Shown here piece by piece: positions 1 through 13,225 of a stretch of DNA of 64,000 nucleotides. The notes beneath the pieces are model-generated. The model had not been told where the DNA came from. It worked only from the letters and a program-made list of their open reading frames with translations, and did no database searches. This DNA is from Macrostomum lignano (taxonomy: Eukaryota), in the NCBI GenBank assembly GCA_002269645.1, contig NIVC01002074.1, forward strand, positions 1 through 64,000. Direction: 5' to 3'. A program made the translations under genes and the position numbers. Each line of letters opens with the position of its first letter. Position 1 is the first letter of the stretch.

Positions 1-500
1 AGGGGTGGCAGCTGAAGGATCGGGGGTGGCAGCTGAAGGATCGGGAGGGTGGCAGCTGAAGGATCGGGGAGGGGTGGCAGCTGAAGGATCGGGAGGGGGT
101 GACAGCTGAAGGATCGGGAGGGGGTGGCAGCTGAAGGATCGGGGGGGGTGGCAGCTGAAGGATCGGGGAGGGGTGGCAGCTGAAGGATCGGGAGGGGTGG
201 CAGCTGAAGGATCGGGGAGGGGTGACAGCTGAAGGATCGGGAGGGGTGGCAGCTGAAGGATCGGGAGGGGTGGCAGCTGAAGGATCGGGGAGGGGTGGCA
301 GCTGAAGGATCGGGGGTGGCAGCTGAAGGATCGGGGAGGGGTGGCAGCTGAAGGATCGGAGAGGGGGTGGCAGGTGGCAGCTGAAAGGATCGGGAGGGGG
401 TGGCAGGTGGCAGCTGAAGGATCGGAGAGGGGGTGGCAGGTGGCAGCTGAAGGATCGGAGAGGGGGTGGCAGGTGGCAGCTGAAGGATCGGGGAGGGGTG
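1..500. repeat. G-rich minisatellite, ~24-26 bp unit (ggggtggcagctgaaggatcggga), truncated by window start
   Basis: Direct tandem repetition; ORF 341..589 is a translation of it. Confidence 0.95.
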
Positions 501-959
501 CAGCTCAAGAGGATGCAGCTCCTGAAGTATGGGAGCTTGAAGTATGGAAGTCACATATGAAGTATGTGACTTTCATCACAATATACTAAATCTCTAATTA
601 ATAACTGATGCTAGTGCGTCAGTTCAGCTTTAACGCAACTCACAAGTCAGCAAGATATACAATTAATAAAAACAAGATGTCGTTAGGGCCTTAGAGTGCA
701 CTGGGACATTTTCAAATCTGTTTTGCATAATGCAGTGGCGCCTGCAGGGCGGGGCGGAGGGTAAACAAAGGACGGTCTTCGAGTCACGGGTCGGACTCGG
801 AAACAAAGACCAAAAAGCGGCTGAAATGGCACAATAAAAACAGACTATGAAGAGCTTAGCAGCTCTTCAAGGTCATTTGGGTGCCTGGAAATAGCTGGAC
901 TTGTAAGTAAAATAAATAAAAATAAAGGAATACCAAGTATGAAGAAGTTTTGCGAAGGT

Positions 960-1930
960 TCTAGTTTGTCAAGCTTCTAGTCTAGTCTGTCAAGCTTCTA
1001 GTCTAGTCTGTCAAGCTTCTAGTCTAGTCTGTCAAGCTTCTAGTCTAGTCTGTCAAGCTTCTAGTCTAGTCTGTCAAGCTTCTAGTCTAGTCTGTCAAGC
1101 TTCTAGTCTAGTCTGTCAAGCTTCTAGTCTAGTCTGTCAAGCTTCTAGTCTAGTCTGTCAAGCTTCTAGTCTAGTCTGTCAAGCTTCTAGTCTAGTCTAT
1201 CAAGCTTCTAGTCTAGTCTGTCAAGCTTCTAGTCTAGTCTGTCAAGCTTCTAGTCTAGTCTGTCAAGCTTCTAGTCTAGTCTGTCAAGCTTCTAGTCTAG
1301 TCTGTCAAGCTTCTAGTCTAGTCTGTCAAGCTTCTAGTCTAGTCTGTCAAGCTTCTAGTCTAGTCTGTCAAGCTTCTAGTCTAGTCTGTCAAGCTTCTAG
1401 TCTAGTCTGTCAAGCTTCTAGTCTAGTCTGTCAAGCTTCTAGTCTAGTCTGTCAAGCTTCTAGTCTAGTCTGTCAAGCTTCTAGTCTAGTCTGTCAAGCT
1501 TCTAGTCTAGTCTGTCAAGCTTCTAGTCTAGTCTGTCAAGCTTCTAGTCTAGTCTGTCAAGCTTCTAGTCTAGTCTGTCAAGCTTCTAGTCTAGTCTGTC
1601 AAGCTTCTAGTCTAGTCTGTCAAGCTTCTAGTCTAGTCTGTCAAGCTTCTAGTCTAGTCTGTCAAGCTTCTAGTCTGTTAAGTTCTTAGTCTAGTCTGTT
1701 AAGTTCCTAGTCTAGTCTGTCAAGCTTCTAGTCTGTTAAGTTCTTAGTCTAGTCTGTTAAGTTCCTAGTCTAGTCTGTCAAGCTTCTAAATTGTCAAGCT
1801 TCTATAGTCTGTCAAGCTTCTAGTCTGTTAAGTTCCTATTCTGTCAAGCTTCTAGTCTGTTAAGTTCCTAGTCTAGTCTGTCAAGCTTCTAGTCTGTCAA
1901 GCTTCTATAGTCTGTCAAGCTTCTAGTCTC
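960..1930. repeat. 21-bp minisatellite (tctagtctagtctgtcaagct), degenerating at the right end
   Basis: Near-perfect tandem copies from about 975 to 1670, then variant units. Confidence 0.97.
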
Positions 1931-2624
1931 GAGCTCCATAGATCTAGGTATCTGGAGTTTGGAGACCCATTCCCCTACACTAGGCATGCTTTGTTAAACT
2001 CCAACTACGGACTGTGACAGTGCCAGAACTCCATGACCAAAGTTACCAAAAGCTGTGGACGGGGGGAGGCGGGTGAGGTGATCGAGGCATGAGGCTTTTT
2101 GGGGCGGGTTGGTTGTTGTAAGTGAGCTAAAATAAGCTTTATAACAATATCAGGCCATAGATAACAAGTGAGGGGACATGCACCCTGCACAAATGCACAG
2201 TCAGTCAGTCACAGACTAAGCACGTGATAAATATTATAAACCTTTAACTATATAAAAAATATGCATATACTATACGATTACAAAACAAGCCTCTTGTAGT
2301 GGAAAAAGAGGACCCTGGAGTACCTTACTGGTATTGATATTTGCACCTCGATTTATCTTACCTTCTAATACGAAAATTTATATCTTTATCAAGTGAAATA
2401 ATAAAACCAAGAAGTCAGGCTTATATTTCCGTCCGCTCTGTCTCATTTTAGCGCTTGGCCTTTGAGTTTTTGGTACCTGGTAGGCAAGTCCATAAGGCAA
2501 TAACTGGGTGCTGTTGGGTTTCCGACTGGAGACCCATTAGAGATAAGGGTGGTGAAGTGTGATAAGCATTGTATAGATATCTAGATAGCATATAAAAGTT
2601 TAACATCCATGCTTTGACTTCAAT

Positions 2625-5067
2625 GATAGAACCTCACCCTTCAAAATCGATAGTCTATGTCTAGAATACCACCCTTCAAATTTGATAGTCCATCTCTAGA
2701 ACCTCACCCTTCAAAATCGATAGTCCATCTCTAGAATCCAACCTTCAAAATCGATAGTCCATCTTTAGAATCCCACCCTTCAAAAACCGATAGTCCATCT
2801 CTAGAATCACCCTGGCACCCTTTAAAATCAATAGTCTATGTCTAGAATACCACCCTTCAAAATCGATAATCTATCTAGAACCTCACCCTTTAAATTCGAT
2901 AGTCCATCTCTAGAACCTCACCCTTCAAAATCGATAGTCCATCTCTAGAATCCCAACCTTCAAAATCGATAGTCCATCTTTAGAATCCCACCCTTCAAAA
3001 ACCGATAGTCCATCTCTAGAATCACCCTGGCACCCTTTAAAATCAATAGTCTATGTCTAGAATACCACCCTTCAAAATCGATAATCTATCTAGAACCTCA
3101 CCCTTTAAATTCGATAGTCCATCTCTAGAATATCACCCTTCAAAATCGATAGTCTATCTCTGGAATATCACCCTTCAAAATCGATAGTCTATGTCTAGAA
3201 TACCACCCTTCAAATTTGATAGTCCATCTCTAGAACCTCACCCTTCAAAATCGATAGTCCATCTCTAGAATCCCAACCTTCAAAATCGATAGTCCATCTT
3301 TAGAATCCCACCCTTCAAAAACCGATAGTCCATCTCTAGAATCACCCTGGCACCCTTTAAAATCAATAGTCTATGTCTAGAATTCTAGAATCTCACCCTT
3401 CAAAATCGATAGTCTATCTCTAGAACCTCACCCTTCAAAATCGATAGTCCATCTCTAGAATCCCAACCTTCAAAATCGATAGTCCATCTTTAGAATCCCA
3501 CCCTTCAAAAACCGATAGTCCATCTCTAGAATCACCCTGGCACCCTTTAAAATCAATAGTCTATGTCTAGAATACCACCCTTCAAAATCGATAATCTATC
3601 TAGAACCTCACCCTTTAAATTCGATAGTCCATCTCTAGAACCTCACCCTTCAAAATCGATAGTCCATCTCTAGAATATCACCCTTCAAAATCGATAGTCT
3701 ATCTCTGGAATATCACCCTTCAAAATCGATAGTCTATGTCTAGAATATCACCCTTCAAATTCGATAGTCCATCTCTAGAACCTCACCCTTCAAATTCGAT
3801 AGTCCATCTCTAGAACCTCACCCTTCAAATTCGATAGTCTATGTCTAGAATCTCACCCTTCAAAATCGATAGTCCATCTCTAGAACCTCACCCTTCAAAA
3901 TCGATAATCTATCTAGAATCTCACCCTTCAAAACCGATAGTCTATCTCTAGAACCTCACCCTTCAAAATCGATAATCTATCTAGAATCTCACCCTTCAAA
4001 ACCGATAGTCTATCTCTAGAACCTCACCCTTCAAAATCGATAATCTATCTAGAATCTCACCCTTCAAAACCGATAGTCTATCTCTAGAACCTCACCCTTC
4101 AAAATCGATAATCTATCTCTAGAACCTCACCCTTCAAAATCGATAGTCCATCTCTAGAATCCCAACCTTCAAAATCGATAGTCCATCTTTAGAATCCCAC
4201 CCTTCAAAATCGATAGTCCATCTCTAGAATCACCCTGGCACCCTTTAAAATCAATAGTCTATGTCTAGAATACCACCCTTCAAAATCGATAATCTATCTA
4301 GAACCTCACCCTTTAAATTCGATAGTCCATCTCTAGAACCTCACCCTTCAAAATCGATAGTCCATCTCTAGAATATCACCCTTCAAAATCGATAGTCTAT
4401 CTCTGGAATATCACCCTTCAAAATCGATAGTCTATGTCTAGAATATCACCCTTCAAATTCGATAGTCCATCTCTAGAACCTCACCCTTCAAATTCGATAG
4501 TCCATCTCTAGAACCTCACCCTTCAAATTCGATAGTCTATGTCTAGAATCTCACCCTTCAAAATCGATAGTCCATCTCTAGAACCTCACCCTTCAAAATC
4601 GATAATCTATCTAGAATCTCACCCTTCAAAACCGATAGTCTATCTCTAGAACCTCACCCTTCAAAATCGATAATCTATCTAGAATCTCACCCTTCAAAAC
4701 CGATAGTCTATCTCTAGAACCTCACCCTTCAAAATCGATAATCTATCTAGAATATCACCCTTCAAAACGATAGTCTATCTCTAGAACCTCACCCTTCAAA
4801 ATCGATAGTCCATCTCTAGAACCTCACCCTTCAAAATCGATAATCTATCTAGAATCTCACCCTTCAAAACCGATAGTCTATCTCTAGAACCTCACCCTTC
4901 AAAATCGATAATCTATCTAGAATCTCACCCTTCAAAACCGATAGTCTATCTCTAGAACCTCACCCTTCAAAATCGATAATCTATCTAGAATATCACCCTT
5001 CAAAACCGATAGTCTATCTCTAGAACCTCACCCTTCAAAATCGATAGTCCATCTCTAGAACCTCACC
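2625..5067. repeat. 35-bp minisatellite (tctagaacctcacccttcaaaatcgatagtccatc) with higher-order structure; intronic in the EGF gene
   Basis: Period 35 measured at 3781/3816; variant blocks recur; the array ends about 25 nt from the exon donor at 5090. Confidence 0.97.
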
Positions 5068-5090
5068 CAAACCCAAGCCCCCGCACTCAC

Positions 5091-5625
5091 CATTGAATCC
5101 CAGCGGACAGGAGCAGGCAGTGCCGCCGTCCACAGTGAGGCAGTGGCCGCCATTCCGGCAGGGACAAAGTGCAGCGGGCTCAGCTTTCAATTCGCACCGG
5201 GTGCCCCAGTAGCCAGGCGGACAAGAGCAGACAAATTTGCCAAACCCGTCTGGCTGGCAGGTGCCAGAATTGGCGCAGGGATTCCCGTCGCAGGGATTCT
5301 CAATGACAGCTTCGTCGCACAGTTTGCCTCGGTAGCCGGGGACGCAGTCGCACACGAAGCCGTCTTCGTTGCTGTTATCCAGCCGGCAGGTGCCATTCTT
5401 ATAGCACGGCCGCTTCTCGCAGATGTTTTTTCGAATTCGAATGCTGCAGGTCTGGCCGGTGAAGCCAGCAGCGCAGAAGCAGGTCAACCTGCCATCGACT
5501 ATGCTGGTGGTGCAAGTGGCGCTCGGATGGCACGGGTTTTCCAAGTGGCAGCGGTCGACAAATTCGCAAAATCGTCCAATAAAACCGACGGGACAGATGC
5601 ATTTGTAGCGCCGGTTGGCCAAGTC
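5091..5625 (-). CDS. Multi-EGF-repeat protein (Notch/Crumbs/fibropellin-like), coding exon 3; gene continues beyond window start
   Basis: Acceptor CAG|GAC at 5625, donor G|GTGAGT at 5091. Encodes DLANRRYKCICPVGFIGRFC, three further complete six-cysteine EGF repeats and a partial one ending CSCPLGFNG. Confidence 0.92.
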
Positions 5626-5832
5626 CTGCTCGGGGAGGGGAGGGAAGTCTTTGTAGATGGAGAAGAGAACAGATGAGAGAAGACAGTGGAGAGGCGAGGA
5701 GAGGGCACCCTGACATCGTCCCATAACAGCCATCGGCGAGGAAATTTTTGTCCATTCATGACTCCTGAGCCATACAGGCCCTGACTATCTAATCGTCAGG
5801 GATGTACATTTTTACACTATCTGTGCCTTGAG

Positions 5833-5880
5833 GTGGCAAGGAATCGAACCAGGGAGTTTACCGCTGAGCTGCTCCGCTGC
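5833..5880 (-). mobile_element. Truncated tRNA-derived SINE-like head in EGF intron 2
   Basis: Minus strand reads agctcagcggta (box A-like) then ggttcgattcc (box B), spaced too closely for a functional tRNA. Confidence 0.35.
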
Positions 5881-5939
5881 CCTAATCAGATCTGCTTAAA
5901 ATCCCAAGCCGCAGCTCCCACAGCCAAGATGCCGCGAAC

Positions 5940-6127
5940 CTCGCAGGTTGCATTATTTTTGCAGGCAGAATCGGCGCACTCGTCCGAATTCACGGAGCAG
6001 TTCGGCCCGGTCCAGCCGTTGTTGCATTCGCACCTCCACTGATCGTTTATCGTTAAATCCTTAAGGCACAGGCCGTGGCCGCTGCAGTACAGCTGACTAT
6101 CGCATTCTTCAGGTCGTGGCGTGGCAC
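5940..6127 (-). CDS. Multi-EGF-repeat protein, coding exon 2 (not in the ORF track)
   Basis: ctctcag|GTGCC acceptor (phase 1). Encodes GATPRPEECDSQLYCSGHGLCLKDLTINDQWRCECNNGWTGPNCSVNSDECADSACKNNATCE. The phase-0 donor at 5939 joins exon 3 to complete the EGF CKNNATCE/DLANRRYKCIC. Confidence 0.9.
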
Positions 6128-6212
6128 CTGAGAGTGTGGGGTGGTGTTATTGGTTTTATTCCAAGAGCAATTTGTTGCCAATTTGTTAAAGTATTTCACT
6201 TATTTCAGCCTG

Positions 6213-7210
6213 ATTTTGGATTCTAATAGCCTAAATTTGGATTCTAATAGCCCAAATTTGGATTCTAATAGCCTAAATTTGGATTCTAATAGCCTAAATT
6301 TGGATTCTAATAGCCTAAATTAGGATTCTAATAGCCTCGTTTTGGATTATAATAGCCTAAATTTGGATTCCAATAGCCTAAATTTGGATTCTAATAGCCT
6401 AAATTTGGATTCTTATAGCCTAAATTTGGATTCTAATAGCCTAAATTTGGATTCTTATAGCCTAAATTTGGATTCTAATAGCCTAAATTTGGATTCTTAT
6501 AGCCTAAATTAGGATTCTAATACTCTAATAGCCTCGTTTTGGATTATAATAGCCTAAATTTGGATTCCAATAGCCTAAATTTGGATTCTAATAGCCTAAA
6601 TTTGGATTCTAATAGCCTAAATTTGGATTCTAATAGCCTAAATTTGGATTCTAATAGCCTAAATTAGGATTCTAACAGCCTAAATTTGGATTCTAATAGC
6701 CTAAATTTGGATTCTAATAGCCTAAATTTGGATTCTAATAGCCTAAATTTGGATTCTAATAGTCTGAATTTGGATTCTAATAGCCTAAATTAGGATTCTA
6801 ATAGCCTCGTTTTGGATTCTAATAGCCTGGTTTTGGATTCTAATAGCCTGGATTTGGATTCTAATAGCCTGGATTTGGATTCCAATAGCCTAAATTTGGA
6901 TTCTATTAGTCTAAATTTGGATTCCAATAGCCTAAATTTGGATTCTATTAGTCTAAATTTGGATTCCAATAGCCTAAATTTGGATTCTAATAGCCTAAAT
7001 TTGGATTCTAATAGCCTAAATTTGGATTCTAATAGCCTAAATTTGGATTCTAATAGCCTAAATTTGGATTCTAATGGCCTAGGTTTGGGTTCTAATAGCC
7101 TGGATTTGGATTCTAATAGCATCGATTTAGATTCTAATAGCCTCGTTTTGGACTCTAATAGCCTAGATTTTGGATTCTAATGGCTTAGATATATGGATTC
7201 TAATAGCCTG
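6213..7210. repeat. 21-bp minisatellite (tttggattctaatagcctaaa) in EGF intron 1
   Basis: Tandem copies; source of the LDSNSLN and LLESKFR pseudo-ORFs. Confidence 0.97.
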
Positions 7211-7834
7211 GTTTTTTATTCTCTTGTAATACTCATTTGCATTCAAATGGCATCATTTCTAGACTCGAATCAAATAACTAGCTTAAGTTCGGATCCCAAT
7301 AGTCGTTATTTCGTTATAATTCAACTCATACGTTAAAGCAGGTAAAACCAAACTGGTTGTTCTAAATCCTTTTAATCCTTAGCTCAGAAGTTTAACTACG
7401 ACTAAGAGATTAACATTTCTTTGAATCTAATTACTTATCTTTGCTTCAACTGATTATAATGTAATATTGTTCAAAATAAAAATTGAACTACTTGTACACA
7501 GTTCTACCCAGGTAGGCACGCCTGGCAAGGGTATCCAATTAAGTATACGAAATGATTCCACTTCAACATGACAATATATAGGAGCTACTCTTCAGTCTTA
7601 TCTTGATTCGAAAGAGTGGAGAACCTATGTTAACGCAACTAACTGATAGAAAGCCTATAAGACCCAAAGTCAAACTATTAAATGGTTGTTTTTATCTGTC
7701 ATTTAAAACTAGCACTACTTGTAAATTAGTTGAACGATTGCAGGTGCCCTCATCCAGGCCCCACCACATGGACCCATCTAAAGTTGAAATTACCCAAATT
7801 TATGCATCTCTTCTTTGAAATTTAGCCATTCTAT

Positions 7835-8300
7835 TCATCTCAGAGGTTCAGCGATCACCAATCCCCCAGTATCTCATCACCTCAGAGGTTCAGCGATCAC
7901 CAATCCCCCAGTATCTCATCACCTCAGAGGTTCAGCGATCGCCAATCCCCCAGTATCTCATCACCTCAGAGGTTCAGCGATCGCCAATCCCCCAGTATCT
8001 CATCACCTCAGAGGTTCAGCGATCATCAATCTCTGGGATCTCATCACCTCAGAGGTTCAGAGATCGCCAATCCCCGGTATCTCATCACCTCAGAGGTTCA
8101 GCGATCATCAATCCCCCAGTATCTCATCACCTCAGAGGTTCAGCGACCGCCAATCCCCCAGTATCTCATCACCTCAGAGGTTCAGCGATCACCCATCCCC
8201 CAGTATCTCATCTCCTCAGAGGTTCAGCGATCATCCATCCCCCAGTATCTCATCTCCTCAGAAGTTCAGCGATCCCCAATCCTCGGTATCTCATCCCTGG
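7835..8300. repeat. 42-bp minisatellite (atcccccagtatctcatcacctcagaggttcagcgatcacca) in EGF intron 1
   Basis: Period 42 measured at 7861/7903; about 11 copies. Confidence 0.95.
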
Positions 8301-8774
8301 TACGTCATGATAAGTTCTGTTAATTCCTAATCGAATGACGTGATTGTGAATCTTAGGATCCAGAGTTATCCCGATCTGAGACCATGATAGAACTAGAAGA
8401 TTATGAAATTATCTGTGTTGTGGGTCAGTGTGGCGTGGCTCAGGTTTTGATGCATCCAGATTGGATTTGTATTGAGATTCTACAATTCCCTGCCACTATA
8501 CTGAGTACTATGGCCATATCTAGCTTTCGAATATTGAATAATTAATTGAAGCAGAAAAGATTGCGCAGACACTTTGCTTGCTTGGCGACGTGATGGGATT
8601 TGCATTTTAGCCCATGCACATGCTCAAGGAATTCTTGGCGAGTCTGCAAGATGAGATCTGCGAGATTCAGATATGCAGTACAGTATCATTAGTTTTTTGG
8701 CAAAAAAATTCAGCTAATGCTGAAACCAATCTTGTTCTTCTGCAAGGCAAAAAGGTCTTTTTTCTTGGATTCTT

Positions 8775-10925
8775 CGCGGAACGCCGAATTTCTCTGGGTT
8801 CTTCAGGGGGCGCCGAATTTCTCTCGGGTTCTTCAGGGGGCGCCGAATTTCTCTCGGGTTCTTCAGGGGCCCGAATTTCTCTTGGGTTCTTCAGGGGCCC
8901 GAATTTCTCTTGGGTTCTTCAGGGGGCGCCGAATTTCTCTCGGGTTCTTCAGGGGCCCGAATTTCTCTCGGGTTCTTCAGGGGGCGCCGAATTTCTCTCG
9001 GGTTCTTCAGGGCGCGTCGAATTTCTCTGGGTTCTTCAGGGGGCGCCGAATTTCTCTCAGGTTCTTTAGGGGGCGCCGAATTTCTCTTGGGTTCTTCAGG
9101 GGGCGCCGAATTTCTCTCGGGTTCTTCAGGGCGCGTCGAATTTTCTGGGTTCTTCAGGGGCGCCGAATTTCTCTCGGGTTTTTCAGGGGGCGCCGAATTT
9201 CTCTCGGGTTCTTCAGGGGGCGCCGAATTTCTCTTGGGTTCTTCAGGGGGCGCCGAATTTCTCTCGGGTTCTTCAGGGGGCGCCGAATTTCTCTCAGGTT
9301 CTTTAGGGGGCGCCGAATTTCTCTCGGGTTCTTCAGGGCGCGTCGAATTTCTCTGGGTTCTTCAGGGGGCGCCGAATTTCTCTTGGGTTCTTCAGGGGGC
9401 GCCGAATTTCTCTCAGGTTCTTTAGGGGGCGCCGAATTTCTCTCGGGTTTTTCAGGGGGCGCCGAATTTCTCTCGGGTTCTTCAGGGGGCGTCGAATTTC
9501 TCTCGGGTTCTTCAGGGGGCGCCGAATTTCTCTTGGGTTCTTTAGGGGGCGCCGAATTTCTCTTGGGTTCTTCAGGGGGCGCCGAATTTCTCTCAGGTTC
9601 TTTAGGGGGCGCCGAATTTCTCTCAGGTTCTTTAGGGGGCGCCGAATTTCTCTCAGGTTCTTTAGGGGGCGCCGAATTTCTCTCGGGTTCTTCAGGGGCG
9701 CCGAATTTCTCTCGGGTTCTTCAGGGGGCGCCGAATTTCTCTCGGGTTCTTCAGGGGGCGCCGAATTTCTCTTGGGTTCTTCAGGGGGCGCCGAATTTCT
9801 CTGGGTTCTTCAGGGGGCGCCGAATTTCTCTCGGGTTCTTCAGGGGCGCCGAATTTCTCTGGGTTCTTCAGGGGGCGCCGAATTTCTCTCGGGTTCTTCA
9901 GGGGCGCCGAATTTCTCTCGGGTTTTTCAGGGGGCGCCGAATTTCTCTCGGGTTCTTCAGGGGGCGCCGAATTTCTCTGGGTTCTTCAGGGGGCGCCGAA
10001 TTTCTCCTGGGTTCTTCAGGGGGCGCCGAATTACTCTTGGGTTCTTCAGATGGCGCCGAATTTCTCTCGGGTTCTTCAGGGGCGCCGAATTTCTCTCGGG
10101 TTTTTCAGGGGGCGCCGAATTTCTCTCGGGTTCTTCAGGGGGCGTCGAATTTCTCTCGGGTTCTTCAGGGGGCGCCGAATTTCTCTTGGGTTCTTCAGGG
10201 GGCGCCGAATTTCTCTCGGGTTCTTCAGGGGCGCCGAATTTCTCTCGGGTTTTTCAGGGGGCGCCGAATTTCTCTCGGGTTCTTCAGGGGGCGCCGAATT
10301 TCTCTCGGGTTCTTCAGGGGGCGCCGAATTTCTCTCGGGTTCTTCAGGGGGCGCCGAATTTCTCTTGGGTTCTTCAGGGGGCGTCGAATTCTTTGGGTTC
10401 TTCAGGGGGCGCCGAATTTCTCTCGGGTTCTTCAGGGGGCGCCGAATTTCTCTCGGGTTCTTCAGGGGGCGTCGAATTTCTCTCGGGTTCTTCAGGGGGC
10501 GTCGAATTTCTCTTGGGTTCTTCAGGGGGCGCCGAATTTCTCTTGGGTTCTTCAGGGGGCGCCGAATTTCTCTCGGGTTTTTCAGGGGGCGCCGAATTTC
10601 TCTCGGGTTCTTCAGGGGGCGCCGAATTTCTCTCGGGTTCTTCAGGGGGCGCCGAATTTCTCTCGGGTTCTTCAGGGGGCGCCGAATTACTCTGGGTTCT
10701 TCAGGGGGCGCCGAATTACTCTCGGGTTATTCAGGGGGCGCCGAATTTCTCTCGGGTTATTCAGGGGGCGCCGAATTTCTCTTGGGTTCTTCAGGGGGCG
10801 CCGAATTTCTCTCGGGTTATTCAGGGGGCGCCTATTCTTTCTTGGATTCTTCAGAGGGCGCCGAATTTTTCATGGGTTTCTTCAGGATGTTTTTCCTGGG
10901 TTCTTCAAGGTCACCGAATTTTTTT
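8775..10925. repeat. 29-30-bp minisatellite (gggggcgccgaatttctctcgggttcttca), ~2.1 kb, in EGF intron 1
   Basis: Tandem copies with indels in the G-run; stop-poor, so it produces the long spurious ORFs 8717..10927 and others. Confidence 0.97.
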
Positions 10926-11499
10926 AGGTTTTTAAGGGGCATTCGGGTTTTTCAATACGTTCGTTTAATCAGTCAGCTTATCAGTTTAATAACTGCTGTC
11001 ACGTGACTGCATCATGTGATGAGCGCAGACAGTCAGCGGTAGTGAAATGCATTATATGCGAGCGAAATAAGAAAACAGACATGAAGTATATTATAAAGTT
11101 ACATACTAGAAGTTATAAAGTAATACTAGACTGAATTTCGGACATGACAAGTTGAACATTTTGTGCTTCAATTTGGTTAGCGATTCACTTCAGTACAGAA
11201 TTTTTTGCCATAATGAAACAAAATCTTTCACACTAGACTGCTGATTGCTGCTGCTGTTGACAGAACAGAAATGTAACTATGAACTGATGCCTGCTTGAGT
11301 TTTTTATTTTAGCTTCTTCTTTCCGTCTGTCTGCTGCTGTGTGACTTTCTAGAATCTAGGAATATTTAATACAAGACCCAGTTGCTTTCCACACCAAGTC
11401 GTTATTAATAATATATCAATTACTGGTATTAACACAGCCCATAGATACTAAGATACTTCTAGATACTATTATAATGTTAAAGCAAACACTTTCACTCAC

Positions 11500-11590
11500 C
11501 AATCCTGGCTGATAGTACAGAAAATGGAAGCAACAAAAACGCAGCAAGCAGTGCCAGCGTTGTTGCAGTCGTACGTTGACTTTGGAGCAT
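11500..11590 (-). CDS. Multi-EGF-repeat protein, coding exon 1 (signal peptide)
   Basis: ATG at 11590 gives MLQSQRTTATTLALLAAFLLLPFSVLSARI, then G|GTGAGT. Hydrophobic signal-peptide pattern; the phase-1 donor matches the phase-1 acceptor at 6127. Confidence 0.8.
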
Positions 11591-12854
11591 CTTTTTTCAC
11601 TTTTCGGTAGTGAGTTTTAGAAGGTCTTGGTTAATGGTTACTTGTTAGAAGCACGATATAAGTCTTGATTTTTAGGAGTCCATTCTCCTATCTGTAAGTA
11701 GGCTGAGCTGAGATTGAGAGAGAGACCGTGTTTTTAATTCACAGAGCTGGCGCGCTGGGAACTTTTTATGCGGCCGGTTTGTTCAAAGCTTTTTTATTTT
11801 TCTCTGTCTCTATTTTGGGGGCAAGCTTTCGGTCGGGTCCTTTTTTCGCCTGCAGCGGTGGGGTCCCTGCTGTAAAATTAGAAGAGGGGCCAGGGGTTGG
11901 GGGTGGCCCCGACGGCGCGTTCTGGTTGGCTGGCTGGCTGTGGGTAAGGCGGGAGAACGGGGGTCGGTTCGGTTGTAGTTTGCAACGTTTTATCATCTGA
12001 ACTGAACCCAAACTCCCTTCGGCTTGCTATCTAAGGCAGTTAAAATTATCTGTACAGGGGACTGGGGGGATGTACATTGCTCACAAACCGTGAGAAAGAT
12101 TCGGACTTCCCAATCTGACTGTTCTTTTTTTATTTCGCTCATTCCACTGTCTCAGTCTGTTATCAACTCTATTCATAGTTTGTTTTTACTATTGACGTCA
12201 GAAAGATTGTTTAATTCCCTAATTAAGCCATGTTTCCCAATTCCTTCAGCCTCAATTACTTTACATTTGTGACTTTGTCGAGCAATCAATTAATATTAGT
12301 ATGTAACTAGTGCATTCATTATTGCTTGCTAAATTTAGATAAATTACGAAACAAGTTCAAAATGAGATGCAAAAAGTAAATATCTGGAAATATGATCAAA
12401 TATCCCATTGTAAAAAATCAAAAAAGCCCCCACCATCTGAATCAAGTTCGAACTCCACCTCAATTTTCATCAACCCCTTTTGGACCATGGGATGGGAAAA
12501 TGAAAACTAATGCCTTAACAACAACAAAAACGACCACAAACACCGTTTTCCGGTTTGTGTTGAAAGAAATCGACAGCAATAAACTTAATTTTTATGCCGT
12601 TACCTCATAATTTGCATATTCGATTTTCTTCTTTTTTTCTAATCGTTGCTACGCTCGTATGCTGCATTTTTATATGATTAATTGTCTTCATAAGCAATTA
12701 AATTTCAATGACTAAATGAGAAGTCTCAAATTATAAATGACACGAAGTCGAAACCTGACTGCCACAAAGGTTATCTTAACTGAGTTTGAAAAGCTCGAAT
12801 AAGCATTGATAGCATCCGGTTTCGTGTCTCGTGGTATTGATGAGATTTGTACAT

Positions 12855-13225
12855 GTACTTATGATCGGAGAGATGGGATCTGAGCTTATGATCGGAGAAA
12901 TGGGATCTGTACTTATGATCAGATTGAATCTGAACTTATGATCAGATGGAATCTGAACTTATGATCAGATGGAATCTGAACTTATGATCAGATGGAATCT
13001 GTGCTTATGATCAGATGGAATCTGTGCTTATGATCAGATGGAATCTGAACTTATGATCAGATGGAATCTGTGCTTATGATCAGATGGAATCTGTGCTTAT
13101 GATCAGATGGAATCTGTGCTTATGATCAGATGGAATCTGTGCTTATGATCAGATGGAATCTGTGCTTATGATCAGATGGAATCTGTGCTTATGATCAGAT
13201 GGAATCTGTGCTTATGATCAGATGG
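12855..13225. repeat. 23-bp minisatellite (cttatgatcagatggaatctgtg)
   Basis: Period 23 measured at 13021/13044. Confidence 0.95.

Noticed and set aside
8614-11006. Long ORFs of 736, 387 and 318 aa
   Set aside because: Translations of a stop-poor 30-bp minisatellite, open in several frames, inside an intron of an opposite-strand gene.
11766-12011. 81-aa Pro/Lys-rich ORF upstream of the EGF gene
   Set aside because: No domain or splice support; more likely promoter or 5'-UTR intron sequence.
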